Of a stretch of DNA of 64,000 nt, positions 1 to 12,200 are shown piece by piece. Positions within the stretch are counted from its first letter, which is position 1. Each line of letters begins with the position of its first letter. Below the pieces are notes generated by a model, which saw only the letters and a list, made by a program, of their open reading frames with translations, searched no databases and was not told the origin of the DNA. This stretch comes from Chrysomallon squamiferum (lineage: Eukaryota > Animalia > Mollusca): the NCBI GenBank assembly GCA_012295275.1, contig CM022667.1:12710001-12774000 (forward strand), read 5' to 3'. The translations under genes and the position numbers were made by a program.

Positions 1-220
1 GCAGGTAAATCAATAACCCGTATAAATGTATTTTTTTGCTGCTAATTTTACTTCCTATTGTACGTGACGATTTTGTTGACAAACCTCCGCCACCGCTGTG
101 TATGACTTCAACGGTAAATCAGCTGTAGTATTACACAAATCAATAAAGTGTTGTGCTTTCTAGAAACGCCAACTTCATTTTCTAGTAATCCGTATTATCG
201 AGAAACTAGGACACCTACTG

Positions 221-519
221 CCTTATACGGATGATGAATAATTAATTACGCTGACCTACACTACCATATAAGGGTTTGTTGTTGAATATTTATAGATATT
301 TTTAGCATAAGAATGTACGAAGCAGCTACGAAATGTGACGTTTAAGATTCCGATGTCGAAAACTACCTTATAAGGAAATCGGCGAGTTTCGGGAATATTC
401 GGAGGTCATTTCAGTCATAGCCCTTTAGCCAATCAGAAAACTAGAGCACTGATAGACATGTCACGCTTATTGTTGTGTATTTGATGAATGAACAGAGTAC
501 GGAAAACATGTTGTCAGTT
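221..519 (+). promoter_or_regulatory. CBFB proximal promoter: three CArG boxes, CCAAT box and Inr
   Basis: CCTTATACGG 221-230 (1 mismatch), CCATATAAGG 264-273, CCTTATAAGG 366-375, AGCCAATCAG with CCAAT at 429-433, Inr-like TCAGTT at 514-519; CpG retained. Confidence 0.65.
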
Positions 520-567
520 GTTCCGAACACGTTGTGTAGTAAAGTTAGAGAAAAGTACACACTGAAG

Positions 568-645
568 ATGCCTCGAGTTGTGACGGACCAAAGAGGAAAA
601 TTCGAAAATGATGAACTATTTAGAAAACTTAGTCGAGAATGTGAG
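568..645 (+). CDS. CBFB: CBFB coding exon 1
   Basis: MPRVVTDQRGKFENDELFRKLSRECE; donor GAG|gttagc. Confidence 0.97.
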
Positions 646-1603
646 GTTAGCAAGTTTTATACTACTTATTACACCCGGAAGAGTTTCGTGTGTTTTACTT
701 ACAAGTTACAGTTTTTTTACGAAGGCAAAGGAGTTTTTGAATGCTATAGGAAGTAAAGTCTTCGTTTTATTTCTCGACGGATAACGTGTATTGAGGTATG
801 TTTTGTTTTTGTTTTCAGGTGAGATATACTGGATTCAGAGATAGGCCACAAGAAGAGAGACAGTTAAGATTTCAAACGGAGTGCCGCGAGGGACATGCCG
901 ATATAGTGAGTGGATACGTTTATACGCACTTAGAAACTTTTTACCGCTCAGCATAGTTCTAGTTTAGTGTGGGCCAAACCCATTTTTGTGATTACTCATT
1001 CGTGACTGATGTACTCGATGTCCTTTTACCCCGGCAAACTGCCATACCGTTTAATACTATTAGTTTAAGTTTTAAAGCCTGATTTGAAACTTTTTATTCA
1101 CGCAATAGGGCATAATAGAGATATACGATAACAGTGGAATTAGTTGTATCTGTGTAATCAATATATTGGTTTTTTTTACTAAAGACGTAAACAAGACATA
1201 AAGAATTATTTAATTTTAAAGAAAAAGAAAAATGTTTGTGTACCAGTTATTTATTCTTTTCTGTATTTTTCTTTATTGTTTATTTATTCGTTATTTTTAT
1301 TTTTATTTTTTTTATTATTTTACGTTTGTTATATTTATTTATTTATTTTGTTGTTGTTGTTGTTAATGTATGTTTGTGTTTGTGGAGGTGTTTTTGTTTT
1401 GTTTTTATTTATTTATTATTATTTTATTATTATTAGTTAAAAATATTTATTACTGTTTTTGTTTTCTTTCTTTCTTTGTTTCCTCTTTTCTGTTTGTTCT
1501 TATTTTATTCCATTTTTTTTTCGCCCTCCGTCCTTTCTTAAAATATATACATTTAGTATTGTTATTAATTTTATACATTTGGTAGTAGTAGTAGTCGTAT
1601 TAA

Positions 1604-1654
<51 letters not shown>

Positions 1655-1991
1655 AAGTAGTAGTAGTAGTAAATACATTTAATGTTATGATTATTACTTC
1701 TATTCAGTAAATACGATACTGTTTTAGGCATTCGTTGGAACGGGTACTAATCTACATCTCAGTTTTACGGCTAACGCCTGGTCGGATAAACCTGAAGATA
1801 GGGTGCCTACACAGGAGTTTGTTAATTTCGATATGGACAGAGGCAAGGTAAGTGTTGTTTATTTACTTCTTGTTTCATTGGTAGAACAATAACAAACACG
1901 TCCGAACTTTAAAGAAAGCGGTCTTTAAAATAAGTAAGTTTTAGGCATTCATAGGATTTTTTTGTTTTGTTTGTTCTTGTTCTTCTTCTTC

Positions 1992-2037
<46 letters not shown>

Positions 2038-2298
2038 GTTTTTCTTATGTGGGTGTAATGATGTTTACTTTGTTTATGACTTCTCATTTCCGCGTTAATC
2101 CAGATATTGTTATTATGTTTCGTCTGTACTTTTGATGTTTTGACTGTACTCTATTAATCACTGTAAACCGGACTTTGGTAATAATACTATGAGGACATTG
2201 TTGTTTGTTTTTGCTGTTGGTTTAAATTACTACATTGTAATCATCAACATTCGAAAAAAAATAGGAAATATCTGTCTCTGACTTTATTTTATGATGAC

Positions 2299-2347
<49 letters not shown>

Positions 2348-3213
2348 TTAAAAAATAATAATAATAATAAATAAAAAAAATGTAGAAAAGGAAAGACAAC
2401 AACAACGAAAGATAGCTATTGGTACAAGCAGCCTGTACTGATGCAGTTGACAAAGAAATTGTTTTAAAAAGCTTTTTTGTTGATACATTCAGAACAATGA
2501 AAATGTTCTTTTTAAATTAAAATAAATATTTCTAATCTTTAAATCAGTAACCACATATTTACTGACAACGTTTAACAATTATGTGAAACATTCAGATATT
2601 ACTGAGATTAGTTCCGTGAGAACTTTGATAATTATGACGATACTAAATTAGGATAGTGGAAGATTTGTGGTTTACTTCCGTAGATAGAGAAAAATAAAAG
2701 GCAGGTTATTTATTAGTGAGTTTTAGTGACGTACATAAAAATGACAAAGGAAATTAATAGAGAGGGAGAGAGAGAAAAACAATTTTTTTTTTTTTAAATT
2801 TTTCACCTGATATATACGAATGTATACAGTAACTGGAAGTTGAATCATACAAAAATCTTGTATACAAATATTGTACCTCGCTAAATTAAATTAAATTAAA
2901 TTAAAAATTGAATTTTAAAACAAATCTTAAAAGAGAAAACGGAAACATCAAAAAATATATTTTTAATATTTGTCTATGTTGCTAGAAGTTTCTGTTTTGT
3001 TGTTATTTTCCGTACCAGTGTATTATCGCAAACGTCCAAAAATTAATCTGACTTAGAAATGCAAATAATATATATAAACTGAGTCGGCAATGATCAAACA
3101 CAATTTTTATTGTTTTCAGTTAATGAACATTACTATGAATGTTGCTGCTACTTATTTTACTAATATAATTGTATATTTTGTAAATAATAAAACTGTATTA
3201 TTTTATTTATTAT

Positions 3214-3297
<84 letters not shown>

Positions 3298-3788
3298 AGT
3301 GAAAAATATTAGAAAGGGTGTATATGTGCATTAGAAAATTGTTATTCCCATAAATACGATATTGTAATTATATTTGAACACAAATTAGGCGCTGTATTAT
3401 GATATGTATTATTATTGTTACCATCATCATCGTTATTATTTTTATTGTCATAATCCTCTAATGAATATTACTACCTGTATTTATACTAAAGGATGTTTTT
3501 GTTTAATCAAGTGATTGTGTAACTGACCTTTAACATTAAGCTTTTCGCAAGCTGAAACGCTGCACCGATCCCTGATTTTATACAAAACTGTCGCATTTCA
3601 TTGTTTGTCAAAAAACCAACACGCGTGCAGTGTCAGGTCCAAGAGACTGCCGGAGGGGTGCGTCCACTCATTATCATAAAACATATCTAAAGTGTGTTAA
3701 CCAGATAACTGTTATTCCAATAAGAGTATTAAACTACTATTTAACATTGAAACCATAATTATTAGTTGAATATTTTGTATTAGCTCAT

Positions 3789-3824
<36 letters not shown>

Positions 3825-5116
3825 TGCTGTTTCAATCTCTCTCTCTCTCTCTTCCTCTCCAGATGAAGGGCTGATTAAAACACAAACTATGTTTGTGTTG
3901 TTTTCTTCAGAATTAAGATTAAACTAGATTTTTTTAAATGCTTCCGCGGTTATATCTTACGCCAGATAAGTTAGCTACTACGACGCGCACCCACAACAAA
4001 ACTGTTATGTAAAAGTGTTGTGCACGTGGTATCACTAAGACGAGAAAATATGCACGTTCTAATCGTGCTTAAACAAACATATGGAATTAACTTAATTACT
4101 GGAATAAATAAGAAGAAAAAATACGGCTACAAAAAGTGGAGTGAAAAAACTGAAGTTGTTATGGGGAAACAAAGAAAATTTTTTTTTTTTTTATAATAAA
4201 TAAAAAAGGAAATAGACGTATCGTTTTTGCTGCGCAATTTGACGCATAAAAACTGCGACGTGGTGGAGTAAGCTCTAATTATGTATTTGGTAAATTTATA
4301 TATAATCTGTGTCACTGCGATTTTGAAGTGGCATGAAGAATATTAGAAAGGGTGTAAACCAACTCATAATATTTATCAACATCTACTGTCACATTACGTA
4401 ACTGCAATGCATTAAACTAGCGGCAGTAACATAAACAAAATAGGTGCAGCTTTGAAATATGGCAGTTTATTACAACCTGTTTGGTGCTGAAGGCGATGGT
4501 TTTTTCTGGGTTATTTTTTTTTTTAACATTTCCTGGTTTATATACATTGCATATATATAATTTATGTGAATATAAGAAAAGATATTATATTATAATAATG
4601 AATATGACGTTTTTAACGTATAGACGTGGTAACGCCCATGAATATTTCTGTTACAGTATGGATACAGAATATTAACTTATAATTAAACATTGTCTTTGTT
4701 TAATAGTTCATCGTCCTTTTTCCTCTTTTCATTTTTTAGTTGTTTGTTGTTATACTAATTTAAAAGATTTTTGTTAAAAAAGTATAATTTGTTGTTACAA
4801 TGAACAATATTTTAAGTGAAACTAAATCTATAGCGACACGGGTAAACTCAGCTTGTAAAGAGTTTTTGATTAAATAGTATTTATTTTATGTGTACGTCTG
4901 AGCACAAAGAAAAGCTACAACAACAATAAACGATAGTAATACGAATATTTAATATTTTCGTTATTTAATTAAAGGAAAGAAGTTAATTAAAAAGGTGTAT
5001 TTACATTTTTTACACTGATAATTTTAAGATTACGTTTTCTTTCTCTAATAATTATTTATTCATTTCAAGAAAACAATGCGTGTTCTGAATACAGTGAATT
5101 AATTTACTTATCTTTA

Positions 5117-5166
<50 letters not shown>

Positions 5167-7043
5167 AAATCCAGATATTTTAAGTAATATCATTTTTCCT
5201 ATCTTAACTATTTCACAGAATTAGGTTTTATTTATTTATTTATTTATTTTTATTTATTTATTTGTTTGTTTGTTTGTTTGTTTTGTTTATTTATTTATTT
5301 ATTTATTTATTTATTATTCAAAATATATAAATTTACAAATGAGCAGTTTTACAACAGACGACGGCACAGTTAAACAAGGATGTGACTTTCAAAGTATCCA
5401 GTGTTTTGTGGTTTTACCTGCCAGGTGTGCACATCGTGTTAAATCCGCTAAAATGCGTCTAAAGTCTGCAGGTCAAAACATCTTACTTGCTCTTTATTTT
5501 AGGAAATTCTTCTCTTGGACAGATTTGTTCGTTTGCCGTCGTCGCTGACTGCGTGCTCAGCGACTTTCACTCCCAGGTGTGTAGACTGCGCGATGTGCAC
5601 ATTGCATTAGCGACTATTAACGCCCAGCTGTCGCAAACTTAGACCGGTGAAATTGGGATATTTTCGTTTAAAGCAATGCAAACAAATCACAAATCTTTAC
5701 TCAAAGTTTTCTAGCGCTTTCCTCCTTCGTTTGTACTTTTTTCTTGTCTTTTTACAACGTTCTCCTATTCCCTAAATTTCCTTCTGGAGAAAAAGATATT
5801 TTTTTTTAAAATTAAGACCTAAACGGGAAAATTACAAACCCCCAAACACCCAAAACCCCCAAAAAAAACAACAACAACAAAACATTAACCAATAAATATT
5901 CTTATATTTAAAACTTATTATCTTGGTCTTTCTCCTTCTCCTCATTATTGTTGTTGTTGTTGTTGTTGTTTAAATAAAAAAAAATTTCTTGTCATTCTTT
6001 TAATATTTATTTGCGTCTGAAAATAATTTTTAAAAGGCTGGAAGTCAATTTAAAAGAAAAGATACCTGATTGACATATTCTACAATATGTTGCTGCTATG
6101 TTGTTATGTATTTAATTTTATTTGCTATATAGTTCAGTAGCAAGAGTTTTAAACTGAACCTGAATTGTCTCCTTTTCTTTTATGTTTCCCATTTTCTAAA
6201 AAAAATATCTATAAAAATATATTTTGGTTAGAAAATACTTTTCGCATTCAAGCAAGATTTCTACAGAGTAATATTTGGCAAACAAACAAAACAAAAAAAC
6301 ATTTGAGGAAAATTTTGGCTGTGTTCTTCTTGTGGTTTGACGACCAGGTGTGGTTTATTCGAACTATGCATCCAGTTTCATCCATCAAACAATTTGCGTA
6401 CTTCTGTCACTGCAAAAAGAGTGTCACCTGTGCACACAACTGACAGTCGAAAACGTCCGAGAAATCTTGACGTCACAGTCTCAAATGTGGTCACACTTAC
6501 TTGGTAACAACCTGCACGCGCTTTGATTTATCAAGTCTTGGTTATCGCAGATAGTAAATGAAATTTCAGATTGTTAAATAGCAGGCCCCTATTAAAAGTT
6601 TCTATAGGGAAACGAAACAACAAAAACAACAAAACAAAACGAAGTCAAGAAAAATCTATTATGAGTTTTTTTCATGTTTATAATCATTAGCACGTAATCA
6701 TGTCAGTCATTTCATTGCGTGTGTATGTCCGTATAGGCTTAAATCTTTTCTAGCAATATAGTTTTACAAAGTATAAATACGTGATAAATACGGTTCCTCT
6801 TTCTTTTTTTCCAATTTCTTTAAGGAAAAAAAAAAAAAAAAAAAAAATTAAAAGTAATATAGCCAAGTAATGTTTTAAGACCTCAGTATTTTGAATTTTT
6901 TAGTCAGAAAACATCATCATCGATTTGGGAATACAGACAATGATTATGTCCTTTAAGTATTCTATCTTATAAATAGTTAATGTTTAGATCATGTTTTCCG
7001 TTTGTATGCTTTTAAATTTCATCCTTTATCGGTGATATTTAAA

Positions 7044-7094
<51 letters not shown>

Positions 7095-8330
7095 GTGTTC
7101 CACTAAATATCGAGTTGAAAGTTTGAAGCATTCACTTGTATTAAAACTTACGAAATCAAAGATAAATTTAAAAAGAAAGAAACAGAAAAGGGAATCAAAA
7201 CTCCTGTTCAATTAAACAACCATGAGGGTGTTGGAATTTGAAAACTTTGACCTGTATTAAGATCCTGTATTCATCAAAGGGGAAGAAGTTTGTTATTTTA
7301 ATTCTAAATTTAAATCCACAAAAGATAAAAAGTCAACATTAAACAAGAGAATCTGGCTTAATATCAACAAGACACTTTTGTGGGTAGTTGGATTTTTTAT
7401 CTGTCACTCTCTGTGTACGGCGTAAATTTGCGGGTGAAAGTTGTGGAAATGCTCTGTTTGATGTCGACACTTTCACGTTTATTTTGGCTAATTACTGTTC
7501 GTTTGGGTTGGCATTGCTTCACTGGGATCAACGCATAACAGTTCTTTCCTTTCTTGTTGTGTGTTTTAAATCCGTTCTGCCATTTGCCAGTTGCTCCCTT
7601 CTCAAACCATTAATTTATTTTCCCGTTCAGACAGAAACGTCCTTCGATTTATAAACAAAGTAAAATCGGTTATTATTATAGAAAACAAAAAAATAGAAGC
7701 AGCGACAACAGGTACACCACCAATAATGACAAAACGAAAACAAAATTATAATAAACTTTAAACACAAAATAGAAGCTAAATAATCAGTCAGAGCAAAATT
7801 ATTTGTGTTCAAAATATGAAAAAAAAAAAAAAAAAAAATAAAATAAAATATTTATTTATCTAGTATAATTAGTAGTAATACTACTGGTAACAGTAACCGA
7901 AGTCAAATAACAGCAGCAGTTCATAAATTCGTTCCCGCACTTAACTGCACTTTGTACAGATTTCTTAAATTATGAAATGAAATTTCCGTCTGACACATAC
8001 ATTTTACAGGAGTGTCTACATGTTCATTAGAAGATAGCAAAACGCGCATGTCATAATACCTATCCTAACTGATGTTAATTAAATATATTATTTTCAGCTT
8101 TGTACCAATTTTCACATATTTTAAAGTGTTTTCAGACAGGTTTTTTTTAAAACATTTTTGTTTTGTGAAATAAGTAAAAAAAGATTTTTACAAATTCATA
8201 AAAAATATTTTGGACTAATTTATATAAACGAAAAGCGCATTTTTTTTTTATAAAGAATTATATATGTCAGCATTCGATTGCCATTTACGATAAATCTGTT
8301 TATACTGAATTATTGTGAACTGGAAGTGCT

Positions 8331-8366
<36 letters not shown>

Positions 8367-9125
8367 AAGAAAGAAAGAAAAGAGATAGGTCTGTGATCAG
8401 TTTGTGTTTATTTGTTATTAAAATAGGTTCTGTTGTAGAAAAATTAACTCATTCTCGCTGGGAGTGTGCCAAAAAAATAGAAGTAAAAAACTGATAAAGC
8501 AAATATTGAAATCGTAGTTTCCAAATATATTAAAAAGCTGTTCGCTATAATGAAAATATAATCATTCGTAGATTAGCAGTTTGAAAAAAGTACGGATCAC
8601 TTATTAGAACTCTTAAACTGTTTCCCAGCTGACCGGTACTGGTCACATGACTCATGACCCGGTCATATGACCTAAGTACATGCGGAGAAATGTACAAACC
8701 CCCGCCCACGCGCTGTGGTTAAAAAGTGGGTCACAATCTCTCACTCTTTCGGTCAATGTATCCCACGACTGGTATACGATATGACCTTGATAAGACCCAA
8801 CCCTGGCAGACAGACCAAGGAAGGGCCTTGCTGGTGCTAATCTGACCATTACAGGCCATTATGATGTCGAATGGCTGAACTCTTTGATGATATCGAGCTA
8901 GAGACCTTCGTAAGCCGCCAGGAATGTAGGGATGGTAGCAACACATGGTAAAACTGTCGCGAGGTCATTTTGTAAAAGCGTGTTCGCCTACCTCTGGGGT
9001 TGTTACTTTTTTTTTTGTAATAGTAATGTAGCTTAAATATAGAGATCCTTTATTTTTTTTTATGGATGTGTGGGATTTGTGCAAGGTATTTTTGAAGCCA
9101 TGACTGCATCAAAATGTGTCCTACT

Positions 9126-9158
<33 letters not shown>

Positions 9159-9186
9159 TAATAATAATAATAAAAATAAAATAAAA

Positions 9187-9238
<52 letters not shown>

Positions 9239-12200
9239 TATTAATCTTTAATAATCCAGGTAGAAATAACACTATACACAATCCAGTTATGACAATGAAC
9301 AGTTTGATAGATTTACTTAGTATATTCAGTCCATTATATATCATTATTTGAAGTGGTAAAAATCACCTAATTTTTATATCTTATGTAGCTAGTTTACTAA
9401 TACATAAATATAACATCTTACAACATTTAACAATACAGAAATTATTTTATTTTTGCAGGTTTTAACTGACAATTAAAACACAGATAAATTTTCATTATTA
9501 TTTGGGATTTTCATTTTTATTTCTTGTTTTCAGAAATTCATTTTATTGCTGTGGTTTATTTATATAAAATGATTATTATTTTTATATTTTTAAGCAATAC
9601 ATGTTGCACCAGATCAAAATAATAGGTGATTTCTAGAGAACAAATGTAAAAGGGTTTTCTAAAAATAATTTACATGAAAAGAGATTAATATTTAATTATA
9701 TATTCAGTTGTTAGAATGTAATCATATTGAAATGATAATTGTTTTACATTTTTGTTGCTTTACTTTTTCCATTTAACAGTTTAAAAAAAAAAAAAGATAA
9801 TTATTATTGGGTTTTTTAAGTGGACTTTATTTTTGATTACATCCTTATGTCAGGTTCAGGCTTGATATTAGTTGAAAAGTGTCACAAGACACAAAGTGCG
9901 ATACTTGTTCATTAGAGTATGAAGCCACACAAGTGTCCACCATTGTCCACCAACCAGTAACAATAAATAACTTTGTCAGTGTTCCAGCCACTTGATATTT
10001 GAAGAGAATCAGAACTTTTCAATTAGTGGCCAAGCCCCATTATGTTGGCACTGCATAATTAACCAAATGAAATAAATTTGTCTAGTTCTGAGACAATATA
10101 CTTCTTATTTTATTCACTTTATCACCAGATGTTTGGTCAGAGAGTTCTTGGACATTTGCTGAGGCACTTTTCATTAAAATATATTGTCATAGATTATACA
10201 CTTGTTGCCACTTGTTCACTTTATTGTTGTAGCATTAAAATGAACAGATGCAGTACTGGGATGTACATATTAACTATTAATTTATAAAAATAATACCGGT
10301 TTGTGTGATTGGTAATATGAGTACAAATATTTACACCATATGGCACTAATGGAGTAATTTAATCAACACTGAACCGATTTTTTTTTCTATGTTCATTGTT
10401 GACCAAATTAATGAGTTAAGTCGTTCAAGTCCATTAATGTTTTTATGATTAGGTCACTTGGCTTGATGTAACAGATATATATTTGATGTATATAATGCTC
10501 TGTGTATTATATATACATTTTTTAATAATAATAAAAGAAAATATAATAACACTAAATTTTTCTATCTCTTTTTAAAATCTTTTGTTGTGTACAATTATTC
10601 TAAAGGCAGCAACCATTTTTTGTCTCTTCTGCATTAATGTTACAACTTTTCTGTATATGTTCAGATTTTAATTTTTTTATGCAGTTAAATGTTACATATT
10701 TTTAAATTCAGAATCTGTTTTCAAGATAAAACCTAATATATATATTAGTTTATATTAATAAACACACATTTTTTTTTTTATCATCAGTATAATTTATTTT
10801 CAGCTAATTACAGAATAATTATTATTGTTATTTTTGTAATGTTGTTTTCTGTTTTAAAAGAAAATTGAAATTATTGTTTTGTTTACTGTTAATCAAAAGA
10901 AATGTTACATTGTATTGTTCTTTTTACAGGTACATCTCAAGTCACAGTTTATAATGAATGGTGTCTGTGTTGTTTGGCGAGGCTGGATTGATCTTCATCG
11001 ACTTGATGGTGTTGGGTCCTTGCAGTTTGATGAAGATAGGGCTGAGGTGAGAAAATATTTTGTTTATAGATCAGGAAAAAGGCTCCCCACCAAACCAAAC
11101 AAAAATATTTAAACTTCAAAATTATTAGTGTTATTGATTAAATTCTAACTATTGTTTGTAATCTTTTCTGCCTAATATTAATGCTCCTAAAAAGATATTC
11201 CAGAGCACCAAACAAACAATAATGAACATTATAAACAGTCTTTAAACTGTACACCCCACATAATTAAGCTCTGATTATTTTATTTAGAAACAAAGTAATT
11301 TGGGTTTTACCTACCTATATGGGCATTTTGTTTTATTTTATTTATTTTTTATATTTTTTAACTTTATTTTTATTTGACAGTCTTACTAAAACAAATAAAT
11401 GTATTAGAATGAAGTTTAAAATGATCCGTGAAATGTTTAATGTTTCCAAAGATGATTTTGTTTTTTTGCATGGACATTTTGGGCAACTCAGACTTCACAT
11501 ATAAATTAAATATTAAAATAAAAGTTTAAAAAGACTATTATATATAAAATTAAAATAATATCCTATCAGAAAGTAGAATATATTTAACGCTGAAAAATCA
11601 GTCACATAAATTTATATAATTCTCATCAAAACATTCTGAATCTGGGCTATTATTTATTTTTTACCCACTTATTGACATAAATACAGAGTAATATGTATCA
11701 AATTAGAACCATATGTGAATAATTTGGTGGTTGCCATTTAATTTTCTGTTTAAAACTTTTTAAAATTAACACTGGCATGAATAAATTAGAAGAAGAAAAT
11801 AAATTTTCATTTTTCTTTTTTTTAAATTGATAGATTTATATTATCATTTTTCAGTTGCTTTAAAATATCACTGTTATTTTGGACAGATGGGTGCAAATAA
11901 TTTTTATTTGTTACTAGATTGAAAATTCTAAAAAGCTTTTATTCTTTTTTGATTAGTGTGGTTTGTCAAATTTTCACTGCTTGCCAGCGTTTAATGAAAA
12001 CAATAAAATTTACATCCTGGATGATCAGAGCACATGAATAATGCAAACATCTTGATCGCAGTCTCAGAGGCAATCTGTTAAAAAGTTAAAAGTTTCGGTC
12101 GGTGCACCAAATGCAATATCAGTGTTGAAAAATTATTGGGTAACCCTAATCTGAACACTGAGACATTCATAGCTGTTTGTGGAAACTTTGTGACATTAAT

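Noticed and set aside
80-180. Minus-strand ATG and donor-like GAG|gtttgt suggesting a divergent gene upstream of CBFB
   Set aside because: The ORF stops after 12 codons, and this cannot be evaluated at the window edge.
475-567. In-frame upstream GTG/ATGs (475, 484, 508) that would extend the CBFB N-terminus
   Set aside because: CBF-beta proteins begin MPRVV. The Inr-like TCAGTT at 514-519 and CCAAT at 429 suggest the TSS lies downstream of these codons.
1236-1710. Hydrophobic and poly-Val ORFs, and similar poly-N/L/I/Y/F ORFs throughout the window
   Set aside because: These are translations of (GTA)n, (AAT)n, poly-T and related microsatellites.
3305-4356. Exact 18-bp repeat AATATTAGAAAGGGTGTA at 3305 and 4339 as a target-site duplication
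   Set aside because: No poly(A/T) tail or TIR next to either copy, and no element structure between them.
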